From positions 9,176,001-9,240,000 of the forward strand of contig NC_047076.1 in NCBI RefSeq assembly GCF_902459465.1: a stretch of 64,000 nucleotides of DNA, read 5' to 3'. The position numbers and the translations under genes are program-made. The stretch is from Asterias rubens. Its lineage: Eukaryota. Under the pieces are notes generated by a model. It made no database searches and had not been told where the DNA came from. It worked only from the letters and a program-made list of their open reading frames with translations. Below, one piece after another: positions 13,896 to 27,485 of the stretch (positions within the stretch are counted from its first letter, which is position 1; the number at the start of each line of letters is the position of its first letter).

Positions 13896-15189
13896 TAGTG
13901 CTCATTAAATATGGATATTTATTTTGCATTCATTGACCTTACATGTATTTGATTTCAAATTCCGTGGAACCATATGAAAATAAATCACTAAGAAATGATT
14001 GTATAAAACCTAAGTTTTGAGTTAGTGTGAACGCATCTCTTGATTTTCAATTAAATTAAAATATGGATGTATTTACAGACGCCTTAGCTCAGATTGTCGG
14101 GTTAGTTCTTTAATGTCATGCTAAATTGTCTCTCAGTTCAACAAATTAATTTAATTTGATCGATGACTCAAAGGACCTTCAAAAGCCTCTTGACTGGCAA
14201 GTTTACGTCAACACTGATTATTAAATACCTTGTATTTATGGTCCATGGTGACTTCCCATCTAGCATGTCTAGGATCAAGTAACCTCTATTACCCTAATAC
14301 AACACCCCCCCCCCCCCTTTAAGTAAATACAAAACCAGTTGTGCTTTTGGCAGTCCAGCCTACCAGCCTTAACTTGTAAGGTTTCGTCAATCCCACTTGG
14401 TCAAATAATGCAAATTAATTCTGCAGTGAACCTAAATTCCGCAAACAACTGCAGCAAACACAACATGTGGCCCTGGTACAAAAGACTTGAGCACACATTG
14501 GAGGACAAGAGATTCAATTGAAATAGCATATAGGATTAAGGTCAGTATGGTTAATATAATAATGCCAAAGCAATGGGACTTAAAATGGGTTTTCATTGTG
14601 ACTGGAGGGAGAGGGCAGACAAACTGAGGTTAACATTTCCTTTTAGTTGAGCAGGTGGCTTGAAAAGATAGGCGTTTTACGGATTGTAGCTTATTTTTTT
14701 ATCAGTAATTATTTCGCGAGAAAGTAGAATTAGATGTTGCAAACTGTTTACCAATCAAAAGGACCAATGATATCAATTAAAAAAAAGTTATTGGCCTGAC
14801 GTTTTGACCCTAGCAGAGACTCAAATAATTAGTCAAGTAATAGGCCCATAGTTACATTGACTGCCTAGTTAATCAAATTAATTGTATGATTGAAATAAAT
14901 ACATTTGTAGGCATATCGTTGGAAGTCTTTCGGGTATGCGTTAGTTTCTTCTAGAAAGTCCATGAGAATTGTTTTGGCTCTGAAAAGAGCAGGTTTAATT
15001 TCATAGACAAGTGCCTAAAGATTATCTGCTTAGCAAAAACAAGTCAGAAACCAGTCACACATGGCATGCCATTTTGGCTGGTAACTTTAATCTGGTAAGC
15101 TCAGATGTTTCAGGTGGATATTCAATTAAATTGTTTTTATACATCCATGGATTATTCTTTACATCTATCTGCATGAAAAACAACTCCAG

Positions 15190-15567
15190 TTAAAGGAAAG
15201 GTACACGTTTGGTAATTACTCCAAACAAATATTTAACTTAAAAACTGACTTGGTAACAAGAAATGGAGAGCTGTCGATAGTATAAAACATTGTGGAAAAC
15301 AACTCCTTCTGAAGTAACATAGTTTTTGAGAAAGAGGTAATTTCTCACTAAAATAATAAGAGACTTCTAGCCAGAAGTCTTTTACTCCTATCTGAAAGCA
15401 CACAGATTCGTCCAACAAGGGTGTTTTTTTCTTTCATCATTTTCTCGCAACTTCGATGACCAATTGAGCCCAAGTTTTCACAGGCTTGTTATTTTATGCT
15501 TATGAGGGGATACACCAAGTGAAGACACTGGTCTTTGACAATTACCAAAAAGGTACAGTGCCTTTAA
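15190..15567. mobile_element. Kolobok/T2-like MITE, family A variant
   Basis: TTAA-AGGAAAGGTACAC...GTACAGTGCCT-TTAA; internal sequence shared with family A. Confidence 0.8.
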
Positions 15568-16015
15568 ATATCGTCTCTGATATTCTGAAATAATATCGAT
15601 TGGTTTGAAAATATAAAACAAAAACAAGGATGTAATAAAACGAACTCTATGAATATTGATTGAAAGAAACAATGAAATGACACTATGAGTCACACCTATA
15701 ATATAGCTATCACTGGTTGCTGGTAGAACAGGCTTTGCTTGCATTATTATGCAAATCGTTAGATTTTATTGTCTGTCACATTTAATGACTCAACCTATTT
15801 ATTGTTGAGTAATTAATTTTAGCAGGAAGCTTTAGGAGGCTGATTAATAAAGATGGTGGTATCTTATATCCTGTATGGTCGGTGGTGACATTAGCAAAAA
15901 CAAGAATGAGGGATGAATGACTACAAGATTTATGGTCAGAGAAATGAGTTGCAAACTTCTGTTTTGTGAGGTTTTCATGGCATGGAAGTATTTTCCAGAG
16001 TTGAGCTTGGGCCTT

Positions 16016-16393
16016 TTAAAGCCAGTGGACACTATTGGTAAATGTCAAATACCAGTCTTCTCACTTGGTGTACCTCAACATATGCATAAAATAACAAACC
16101 AGTGAAAATTTGAGCTCGATTGGTCATCAGAGTTGCGAGATAACTATGAAAGAAAAACCCATTGTCACATGAAGTTGTGTGCGTTTAGATGGTTGATTTC
16201 GAGACCTCAAATTCTAAACTTGAGGTCTCGAAATCAAATTCGTGGAAAATTACTTCTTTTTCGAAAACTACTCCACTTCAGAAGGAGCAGTTTCTCACAA
16301 TGTTTTATACCAACCTCTCCCCATTACTCGCTACCAAGTAAGGTTTTATTATAATTATTTTGAGTAATTACCAATAGTGTCCACTGCCTTTCA
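16016..16393. mobile_element. Kolobok/T2-like MITE, family A
   Basis: TIRs GCCAGTGGACACTATTGGTAA / TTACCAATAGTGTCCACTGC. Confidence 0.85.
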
Positions 16394-19300
16394 AGTGCAC
16401 GTACATTCAACTCATTGCCAAATTACAAAATTTGCAGCTAACCTGTGTGGCTACCTAGGCATGATTTTGTGTACACTTAGGTCTATTAAAGTTTTATGAT
16501 TACATCAAATTGGACCCAGATGGCACTTTCCTAAAATATTAATTTTGGCGATCACCTCTTAGGTGAACCCAGTAATATTAGTCCTTGCCAGGATTGGCGT
16601 CAATGTCTACACCAGCATGCTTCCCATTCAAGCAGACATTTGAGGCATTTTGAGAGGTTTAAGACTTGGCGACGGCGCTAGGGAGAATTTGGAGCTAGCG
16701 AGAATTTGATGATTGGCAAGAATTTGACACTGGAAGTGGTGTGTCCAACCTTCTGGTTGGAGACTCTGTCATCAATTTGTATAGTGCTGTGGCTGGCTTT
16801 AAAAGTTGAAACAGATGTGATCAAGTGATCTTTTCATCAGCTTTTATGCTTTAAAGGGTGAGAAATTTTATGTGTGAAGACAACTTGAGACCTATTTGAG
16901 ATTCAACCATATGGTCCTTTTTGAGCAATGCGTTCCTAGCACCTGTACTTTTAAAACTTAACAAGGTACTCTTTGCTTCTGCTAAGCAGCATTTTTGGTG
17001 TTAAGCAATATGCTAAGTGCAGAAAACTGTTGCAAAATGTACACTCCCAATATCCTGTTCAATGAGGGGAGAGGGAATTGCAAATTAGAAACTTCTGATT
17101 TTCAGAGAAAATCGGATCTATAAATAAAGCAAAACTTGTGAGGACAGTTTTTTTTATCAAAGGGAAATGGAATCACCACAGAGGACTGCCATGAATGATG
17201 GAAATTCGGGTGAAATTTGACTTTCCTAAAAATAGAACTGATGTCTCATGACATGTGATGCAATGTTCAAACATGCCATGAGGGAATTTCCCTTTTGTTT
17301 TGCGCATGAGAAATTGGCACCATCTACTGAGAATTTCTGTTTTCTTCAAGATTCTGCTTGGGTTTGCCCCTTTAATTAAATATTTGTTTCTTCATAATTT
17401 TAACATCTAAGCTTTGAGTATGCAAGTTTACATTTGATGCAATTTCATAAAAAAAAATTTTTTTTATTGATTTGTGTTGATCATAACTTGTCTGTCAACA
17501 AATACATGTAGCACTGAAATAGTCATCTATTGAAAAATAAAAAATATTTTGTCTTAGGAAAAAAGTGCATTGATTTGGTGTATAAAAATTATAATGATTG
17601 TAAGCTACAACTGTTTTAAAATAGTTGATTTTAAAAACACCCCACCTTGTTGACTCAGCCATTGTAGTTTTTAATAGTTTATGAGATTGTCTGAAAAAGG
17701 TTTCAACTATTTAGACAGCATTTATAAATGAATAACCTCCGTCTGATGTTATTGGATTCAGCCTGTGTTATTATGATTGCATACAGGGGAATCCCATGTT
17801 TATACCATGATTCATGATTCATCATCGACTGTAATGAAACAACAGAGAACTGGCCCGAGACCGCTACCGTGCGAAACACATGTCCAGCTTGTCCTGACCG
17901 CTGGGTCGTGGTCTCACGCAGCACTTGTCCCTCGGACAGAAACTGAGCAATTACCACTGATATTTGAGTTTCAATGTTATCATTAGCTCACTGTGGGATG
18001 TCATTTTCACTCAAAAGTATTGGTTTTTTTTATGGTTGACACTTGTAACAGTGTAGGGTTGTTTTTATAAAGGAATATAATAGCTGTTTTATAGAACATC
18101 AAGGTATTTTTCAAATGACTCAAGGATTAAATTAGTGAGGGAGTGGGAATGTCACAAGTATTTTTTATTTTTTTTTTTTTTGTGTGAGAATTTTCCTTTT
18201 TTTATTACTTCTAAAAGAGGGTTTGTTTAAGCTGAGTTTCAACTTGGAACTTGGAACAAACATTCAAAATTGTTGAATAAAAAAGGTTACCACAGTTTTG
18301 CACCTAAAGACTTACTTGTAAGGGGAGAAATTTTGTTTTTTCCCGGTTACAATGCTATTGACAAATCTGGTTTTACCCCTCCAAAATAGTCAATAACTAT
18401 TCAGCCCCCTTGGGTCCTGAGGTTTTTAAACCCAAAACCAAATCAAAACTTACAAATTACGAACTCTGTGGGAGCTTTTTCATATTGGCCTCATTTCCAA
18501 ATGTGGGATTCACCCTGGAGGCACATATGACTCAGAATGCCAATAAAAACCTGCCATGTCTTCTAAAAATATAGATTTTGCCTCAAGCTTGAAAAGGGTA
18601 CACTCTACAAATAATTTATGGAAAGTAAAACCCATAATAAAGGACCTTAGGGTTCAAAGGGCACATGATATGTTTTAAGATGATGTCAAGTTGAAACTCT
18701 CTCATATCAATCACCACAACAGTTGTGAATAATAAAGCTATCCAATCTGTGCAGGTCATAATGTCAGCTTATAGGGAGACAGAATTCTGTGAAGTTAAGA
18801 ATTTTGTCTTGTATGTAATTATTTTCAATCACACATTTTAAAAGAGCAAATGTGGTGTTTTTTTACAAGGAAACAACCATGATAAATCAGCTTCATTTAC
18901 AAAACTTGCACCAATTGTTAAATTTTTTAAAACCAGGTAGTTTTATGTAGATGGCGAAATACAATTTTACCATAATACCAGGAAAAGCAGGTATTTCGGC
19001 CCTATATATGTATTTACGAGTCTCTAAAAATCATTACCTCCTCATATATCAATGAAGAGTTATACATCCTATATTTTCATTAAAAATTTGCAGAACAGTT
19101 ACCCAACACTTTTATATTTTAAGTTTATTTTCTTTAATTTTGTTGTTCTCCCAAGTTTGTAAATTACTTCAAATGCTCTGGAAAACAAACATACATGTAT
19201 TTTTGTTTTACAGCAGTGTTGTCAAATCTGCCAGTGGTTACAAATTGAGTTTTCCCAAGTTATAAATTGAAGAAACAGAATAACACTGTGCACGATTTAC

Positions 19301-20822
19301 CACAGACTTACAGACTTTCCCATGTGTGAAATGTAACATGAACCAGAATCCAACAGTAAATATTCCACCCTTATAATTCTCTGGATTAGTTTTCAACCAT
19401 GCAAAGAATGTGACACTTTGGCATTCCATTACAATCCAAACACAATTTTGTTTTTGTTCATAACTTCCTGAAAGACCCCCACACAATATTGTTTGAACAG
19501 TCCTTTTTCCAGGGGCTTAAATTTTAGGGATGATTTTTTTTCTGCTTTTCTTATAAGCTCCAGATGTTCTTTTGTATAGAACTAGCATCGGATATGGATC
19601 AGGCAGCTTTCAAAAGAACAAGTCTAGGTTGGCCATAAAAGTGGCATTCGTGGATATTGAGTTGCATTGGTACAGCATTTGTTTATTTGACAAAAAAATT
19701 AATTTAAAGAAACATGTTGCCCTGTGATAAAGTATGTCTGAGATTTTACATGCTGAAAATTTTAAAGAAGAAATTTAACCTCCTATCAAAGACATTCAGA
19801 GCATCTGATGATAAAAAAGTTTAGTTGTTAGTCTACACCAAAGCATGCTCTATTAAGAACCAACACAACCTAAAGAGAGATTTCAATTATACACAGGTAC
19901 CACAACAAGGTAGTGCATGTCTGCACCATCGAAATTCTACGTACTGCTCTGTAGTTTTTATGACATTCAATTTTATGTGGCTTATTTTTATGTGGGTGTG
20001 TTTTTGGAGATGTTGTTTGTTTTGCTTTCTTGTGGATAAGTTGGGTGGAGGTAATCTCTTGAAACCACTATTTACAAATCTCTCAAAATATGGGCTTGAA
20101 GGTGACCTTTACCCCCCTCTGCTGCCCAGGGAAAACAACTATCTCTTGACAGAGCACTTTCTCTGATGGCAATGTCAATGAAATACTGTGTACCAACCTG
20201 TTAATCTTTCACCCAGCAGAAATCATCAAGTCATTAATAATCTTGTTCAAAATGAAGTGGTTTAAAATCACTGTCTGATCAAAGTGCAAAATCCACATAC
20301 TCAGGTGCAGCTCCACCTAGTCTCTGCTCAAGTATTAAAAAGGAAAACAGGTTTTTTCCCCTGTCATGTTTACTTTCAGTCCAACCACTCCACAAAAAAA
20401 AGCTTCATAATTAAAATGTATAGTATTTCTTTTAATTAACCCCAAACTATCATCTGTGATTATACTGGGATCCTTCAGCACTCTCAAAACAATCCAATAG
20501 CTTGTGGCTATTCTGTCTTGTAATGGAAAACGTGATGGGCAAATACTACTGGAATTTTTCAAGTCAATTCAATCCCACAGACATAACAATTTTTGGGTCA
20601 AGAGCATCCAGTATCAGTAGTCTTAGTAAATTCTTGGCTCAGCTGCCAACATTTGACTACATGCTGATATATAGGGAGACATGATCTGTACCTTTACAGT
20701 CAACAACACCCACCAAGGTTTTGATTTATTCCCCTTCATGGTTGGAGTAATAAGAGAAGTTGTGAAACTGAAAGTCTGTAACCTACACACTGGTTGGTTT
20801 CTCGCAGACATTTCGATTGGCG

Positions 20823-21059
20823 TTAAAGACAGTGGACACTATTGGTAATTGTCAAAGACCAGTCTTCTCACTTGGTGTATCTCAACATATGCATAAAATA
20901 ACAAAACTGTGAAAATTTAAGCTCAATCGGTCATCAAAGTTGGGAGATAATAATGAAATAAAAAACAACCTATCAACCTCTCCCCATTACTCGCTACCAA
21001 GTAAGGTTTTGTGCTAATAATAATTTTGAGTAATTACCAATAGTGTCCACTGCTTTTAA
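20823..21059. mobile_element. Kolobok/T2-like MITE, family A, internally deleted
   Basis: Both TIRs and TTAA flanks present. Confidence 0.85.
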
Positions 21060-22131
21060 GGTAGCCAGACTGCAATGATAACACTGGTTTCCTACTTTAA
21101 TTTTTCAGCAGCTCTTTGAAATGAGAGCCACTGGAGAGTAAACTCAGAACTTAATCTAGAAATTTATTTTCTTATATGTATTTTGCCTTTAATAATGATA
21201 ATAATAATATTTTGCTTTATTTTTTGTTTGGTTTACCTTGATTTAAATTTTGAGGTTCAATCATTCAAGTCACTTCTGTAAGTCAATCAAAAAATGCCTC
21301 CCTTTAATTTTGTTTTACCTCTGAATTCATTTAGGAGAAAACATCCTTTGTTTCAATTGTACTAATCAAAAAATTACTATATATAGATCTCCAGCAGACT
21401 TGACCACAGGGCAAACAATGCCAAAAATGTACACATATGTCCATGGGGTCTGAGGTGGTTGGGGGAGTCCACAAACACATGGGGCGTTAGAGCTGTATTT
21501 GTGTAAGGGTGACCAAATGACACTCAAAACATTCCATGGAAAGGGATCAGTGATTGCATTCCTCCTTAATGAACAACATAATTATTTTTTCCTAAACAGA
21601 GCTCTGGGCAAAGTTATCCACGAAACTGAATGAAAATGAATACGAGTTCTGACAGAATACTTAAATACCAATTAAAATTCTTTTAGATTTTGGGGACCTG
21701 GGTTCAGCTGGAGCAATACTAGAACACCTGGCCAATGTAGGCTGCCCTCTGACAAAATATGAAATGACGGGTCACTTTTCTGTTGGTGTGCACAGTAAGT
21801 CAGCAAGGATCATGGCTACACATTTTTGGAGTCCATTTTAAGAAAACTTGAAAACCACTGACATAGCAGTTATTTCATTGTTATTTATATATCAATTAAT
21901 AATTGCTGTTTCAAGGTAAAAAAAGTGCTGAGTTTGTCAAATACAAGATAAATCCTGCAAAGAGTTACTCAATGTTTGTATCATGTTTATTATTGTTGGT
22001 CTCTTTTTAACAGAAAGTGTACCCATGACTGTGGCTGGGCACACATTACTTATTATGTAATTTACAGAGTTTGGGTATACCTCAGGGGATTGAACTCATT
22101 ATCACCCCCTTGTTTTGGATATGTGACTTAC

Positions 22132-22219
22132 CTGATGTGTCCCAGATAGTCAGATCTATTCTATATTTGTTTATTTCCATTGTTGACGAGTAACTCTCAA
22201 AGGTGGTTGGAGAGTAGAT
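22132..22219 (-). CDS. RND: Rnd GTPase coding exon 2 (IYSPTTFESYSSTMEINKYRIDLTIWDTS-G), 88 nt
   Basis: Translated by hand; acceptor TTTTCCTCACAG, donor G|GTAAGT; switch I and WDTSG motif typical of Rnd proteins. Confidence 0.92.
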
Positions 22220-24038
22220 CTGTGAGGAAAAGCAAAAAAATTGGAAAACAAACATTTTAAAAAGTGTACAAGTTGTGTAAGTTCAGAAAATAACTACAAA
22301 TACAGTTCCAACAGTTCCAAGGGGAAACAGTTGTTCACTTCAGATTTTATTATCGCTAAGCACCTTTATAAAAATTAAGCATCATACAATTTCTGTTGCA
22401 TTTAGACTGTATACTGCTATAGGGCTTCCAGAACCCACATGACACAGTTCTGTGGTTACAGCTATTTTAGCCACAGAGGATGGGTTTTGATGTTTATACA
22501 CCTTTTTGTCACTAGCACTGAAATAAAAAATTGCAGGTTGTACACCCTTTTCATAATCTGATTCAAATTATTAGGTCAAATGTATTTGAGTTGCTTAAAC
22601 AAAAGAAAAATACACATGGTGTTACCGCAAACCAAATATACATTTCCATGCAATTCCTCAAATCCTTCGAAAGAAACAAGCTTAGCAAAAAAAAAACTTC
22701 AACTACTAATATTGTTTTTCTTTGGTTGTTTTTGCACTAACAGTAACACTGATGATGTGTTTTAACACATTGTGTATATTGTGTAATATACATCAATGTA
22801 AGGTCAACAACCAAATATTGATCTTCATCCCTGATGCCAAATTAACACAAACCATCAAATTCTGCTAACTGTTAGTGGTAATTCGCATACTAGTAAAATC
22901 TACCAGCTAAATAACCAGGTCACGTGTACTGTTGACTGTTTTTGGTTTAGGTTTTGGGTTTTGGGGTTTCATGATCATTATTCTGAAATGAGACAGAGTT
23001 TATGATTGCATTGCCCTTGGGTTCATCCGGGCTGACATTGGGTTATGATGACCCATCAGACTGGTGGACTCATTTCCCTTGTTCCATACCGCTATCTCTT
23101 GACACCATGGCGCGTTTCCTATCAACAAAAACCTTAAAGGGATGGAACAACTTAGTTAAAAAAATTTTGTGTTGTTCCTAATCATTTCCATCATACAGTT
23201 AGCCAGAGGTGTGTCTGGGTGTCGTTTGGACACCCTGTTTTCTGTTTTGATACCCTATTCGGTCTTTACTCTTTTATGTAAAATGTATTGTAAGTGTATG
23301 GTTTGGAAACTCAGTTTGGAAATTGACTGGCAAATTTGGAGAGCCTGTTACCTATAATATATTTTATAAGCCTTTTACTAAATTCCAAAACGGTTATTTT
23401 CATTACATCAATGTTTTAAAGACACTGGACACCTTTGGTAATTGTCAAAGACCAGTCTTCTCACTTTGCTGTATCTCAACATATGTACAAAATAACAAAC
23501 CTGTGAAAATTTTATCCACTTATCTGATGAGTGAGAATCCTGTAATTTTAACATTGACAATTGGCGAAATATTGCCAATAGTAGCACCTCCAACCAAACA
23601 AGTCCTGCAGTCATGTACTTTTTTAATATAATATTCAGAAATTTTTTTTACTGCGATAGATTAAACTTTGCTGTCTATTTAAAAAGTAAATTTCAGCCTT
23701 TCATTTTACTTTGGAAGAAAAGTTACAAAGACATTCGTAAAAACCAAATTATGAACTTTTTCACAAATTTGAAAGAGCGAAACTTTTAAATAACAGACAT
23801 TATTGGCTTACATCCGAGAGTGGAATACAGAAATGTTCACCGAACTATTTCTACACAGCAACCTGAAATACATTGATAATGCACGTCGACATTGGATACA
23901 ATTTCGATACCAAAACATTATTCTCTCTGGTAGAGGCTATACAAACAATAATTTAACCTCAATAAATCGATGGAGCCTTATAAAAAAATGCCACAAGACA
24001 ACAACACTTAAATATTGTTACAGAAATTCAATACTTAC

Positions 24039-24164
24039 GTCTGTGAACTTGTGACCCAGAAATGTGTTGAGCAACGCAGACTTTCCACAGCCTGTGTCCC
24101 CGACAACAACGAGTTTATTCCGGACAACTTCATTCAAAACCATCATAGAACGTTGCCGACGCAT
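24039..24164 (-). CDS. RND: Rnd-family atypical Rho GTPase, coding exon 1 (MRRQRSMMVLNEVVRNKLVVVGDTGCGKSALLNTFLGHKFTD)
   Basis: P-loop GDTGCGKS in a Rho-type context (KLVVVG); ends at a phase-0 GAC|GTAAGT donor; the start could also be the ATG at 24146. Confidence 0.9.
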
Positions 24165-24834
24165 TTTGGCAAAGTTTGTCTGTTTCCAAATTGTAAAATA
24201 AAGCCTAGAATTAAGTTCGCTGTACCAGCTCTCACACAAAATATTTTCCCGATGAACTGCAATGTTTTGGTAGTAGCTGACTGGTTGAGCAGACGATAAC
24301 TTGCGTTGTTTCTCTCTGTGGCTTGCTGGCTGTTATGAGACGTGAGTGACAGGTTGACAACTCCAGCGTCACGTGTCTATTTTAAGTATTCATTTATGCG
24401 TAAATGCTTGACCAATCAAATGCCGGTATAAGTCTATGGATAATCATTGGCCGACTCGTCCCCGCTTTACTCCATTGACCAATCATTTAACTCGAATGAG
24501 ACACACCTCCATCACACCCCTGAGTGTAAATTATGATTATGACGACTGAGGGCGCTAGACTATTATTTTTGGTGTCCAGCGAGCGAAAATGTCAGGGGAA
24601 AATAATTTGCCCATAAAATAAGGTCCGACATAAATGAAGCATACAAATTATCTCCATAAAGAAAAATAAGTACGACAAATCCCTTGTCTATCCCCCCATC
24701 ACCAGCATTGTTTTGTTCACTACGAGCAAAATGCAAAAGATTTGTTTTGACTGCTTAACGCATTTGTTCGGATACGATTCATTGTCGTTGTACAAGCGCG
24801 TTAAAAACGATCCGACAAACTATCAACACCAACA
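24165..24834. promoter_or_regulatory. Putative bidirectional promoter (670 bp) between RND and the Crypton/Harbinger-derived gene
   Basis: Divergent start codons at 24164 (-) and 24835 (+); CCAAT/ATTGG boxes at 24412, 24446 and 24479; GTCACGTG at 24368. Confidence 0.6.
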
Positions 24835-27485
24835 ATGGCGGCTAGTTCGGAAGAAACTCCAGGGTTCGCCTCGGCGCAATATCCCGATTCGAAAGACTTA
24901 CTCCACGTTGAGGACTCTAAAAACACAGTCAAGCAAATTAAATATGCGACAAGCAGACTGGAAGCTTACACAAGAACTGTAGGTACGACCATGGCGTCTG
25001 TGGAGTCTCTAACAATCGGTGAACTCGACGATTTTCTTTGTCAATTTTACACAAGTTTACGGAAAGGTGACGGCCAAGCATACACAAGAAAATCGATGCT
25101 TGCAATTCGGTTTGGCCTGCAGAGACACTTCCAATCCTTGCACAGCTGGAAACTCTGTAAGAATGCCTTATTTGCTGGAAGTAATAAGGTATTTCAGGGA
25201 ATGTTGGTCAACTTGAATTGGAAAGGAAAGAATAATAAAGTGATACACAAGGAGGGTCCGATCTCCGTGGCGGATATGAACAAAATTCAAACATCCAATG
25301 CGTTGGATTTGAGTTCCCCGACTGGGCTACAGAATAAGGTGTTCATCGACATCACAGTATATTTTGGGATTGTCGGATGTGAAAAAATGCGTGACATGAA
25401 GCCGAATGATTTTACGTTTTCAAGAACTGGAGATAACATTCGTTATGTAATTGTAACAAACTGCAGTCAAAAGACATGTCAAAGTCGTGACATCATTAGT
25501 GAGAGCTCATGTGAGGGTGTTATGTATGAAATCCCAGGCTATGACAGATGCCCCGTAGCGTCCTTGGAGAAATACTTATCAAAATTGAATCCCAAACGCC
25601 CTGATATACTTTGGCAAAAACCAATCCCACATGTACCAGACAATGGACCCTGGTACTTTAGTCGCCCAACACCACTGCACACACTCGGCTCCAAAATGAA
25701 AACGATCTCAGCAAATGCGGGTTGTCGTAAATTGTACACAAACTATTGTCTTAAGGCGACTCCTGTTGGTATTTTACGCATTGCAAGCTCGCTGAGACAG
25801 GCTGCTGACAGGGATATCTCAAACAAGGATGGATTGGAAATCTTATGTAGGTCACGGGAAAACACTCAAGACTTTGCATCGGAAGAGATTCTTTCCGATG
25901 TTTCTTTATCGCTGCTCAAGGATGAGAACAGTAACAAGAGTGCATCTGCTTCTCAACAATTACAAGAGGACCACCCTCACTCTCAAATTGAACAACCTAA
26001 ACAACCCAAGCCTTCAGATCTAGCCACAGCAGAAACTTCAGAAGATCTTCCCTCGTTCTCTTTTCTGTCATCCATAAATCTTAAAGATCTGATGAAAGTG
26101 GAAGATTCTAAGAGCACGAACAGACAGCTCAGATATGCATTGACAAGGTTGGAGGTGTTTGCCAAGCATCTTGGTTCATCGATACCCTTGGTTGAAGCTA
26201 TGTCAATGAGAGAATTAGATGAGTTTCTTTGTCGATTCTATGCCAACTTGCGTAAGTTTGATGGGCAAATGTACACTAAGAAATCAATGCAAGGGATCAG
26301 GTATGGATTGCAGAGATACTTTCAAACATTGCATAACTGGGACATTTGCAAAAAGAGTGCTGAATTCAAAGGGAGCAATAAAGTCTTTAAAGAGATTCTC
26401 ATAAGCATACGGAAAGGAGGTAAAGTGGTAATCAAACACAAAACTCCAATCTCAGCAGCCGATATGGACAAAATTCAATCTTCCCCGGAGTTGGATATGA
26501 AATCTCCAAGGGGACTCCAGAATAAAGTCTTTTTTGACATTATGGTTTATTTGGGCAAATCAAACCAATACCGCATGCAAGAGATGAAGCCGAGCGATTT
26601 CACGGTTGCCAGAGACAGCAATTATAATCAGTATGTCTCAAAATGTGGCCATAGCTTCAGTGAAGATGATCATGAATTTACCAAGGGTGCTATGTTCGAG
26701 ATTTCAAACTCTGACAAATGTCCTGTGAGGTCATTTCAAAAGTACTTGTCAAAGTTGAATCCAAACCGCCCGGATTTGTTTTGGCAACGACCTAGAGAAA
26801 CAGCACCAAAGACTGGTCCATGGTACATTGATGCCCCTGTAGGACTTCATTCCCTCAGTGACAAAGTGAAAATAATTTCAACTAATGCTGAATGTAGGAA
26901 AGTCTACACCAATGACTGTCTCAGAATTACCCCTGTGGCTGTTCTACGTAGCAAGGGGATGATGAAAGACTATCACAGTAGATCAAGCGACACTGAAAGT
27001 TATTCGAATTCAGACAACAGCCTCTTAGAAGACTGGACGCACAATGATGACAATCCTCAAACTTCATGGCAGCGCCAGAGTACACCTCCAATTTCTGCAG
27101 CTTCTTCAGACATGCAGGCATCACGAACAGACTCCCAACACCAGTCCAAGAACAAGGACAACAACCAAGATACACTTCAGGCCGAGCACTCGGGGCAAAC
27201 GCTCCAAGAGAAAAACCCAACTCTTTTCCCGGTCAAACGAAAACGTGCCCCAGGCGGGGGCAGAAAGCGACTCCCACAAGCAGAGAAGAAAAAAGCCATC
27301 AAAGCTGCTCAAAAGAAGTACAGAATGTCGCATAGCCGCGAGCCTGACAATCGGCTGAAGCTATCGCCTAGCATCAGTACCCTGTGGCTTCCCCTGTCGT
27401 ATAAACTTGGACTTGACAAGAATCAGCTCGCAATAAAGCTTCTGGAACTCTATCACGCATCTCAAGGATCAACTGATGTTAACTT
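24835..27485 (+). CDS. Exon 1 of a chimeric transposon-derived gene: two tandem Crypton tyrosine-recombinase-derived (DUF3504 / KCTD1-N / ZMYM-C-like) domains, a basic NLS/AT-hook-like segment and a ZNF653/692-like helical module
   Basis: Motifs ELDxFLCxFYxxLRKxDGQxYTxKSM, GLQNKVFxDI, CPVxSxxKYLSKLNP, WYxxxP and YTNxCL each occur twice (about 24895-25780 and 26086-26960); the ORF ends AAC TT|GTAAGT, so the TAA is part of a splice donor. Confidence 0.88.

Noticed and set aside
17703-17986. GC-rich patch with overlapping short ORFs
   Set aside because: No recognisable domain in any frame and no supporting splice pattern; possibly a repeat remnant or enhancer
721-23631. The remaining 60-130 aa ORFs in RND introns
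   Set aside because: No motifs; many fall in MITEs or are chance ORFs with alternative starts
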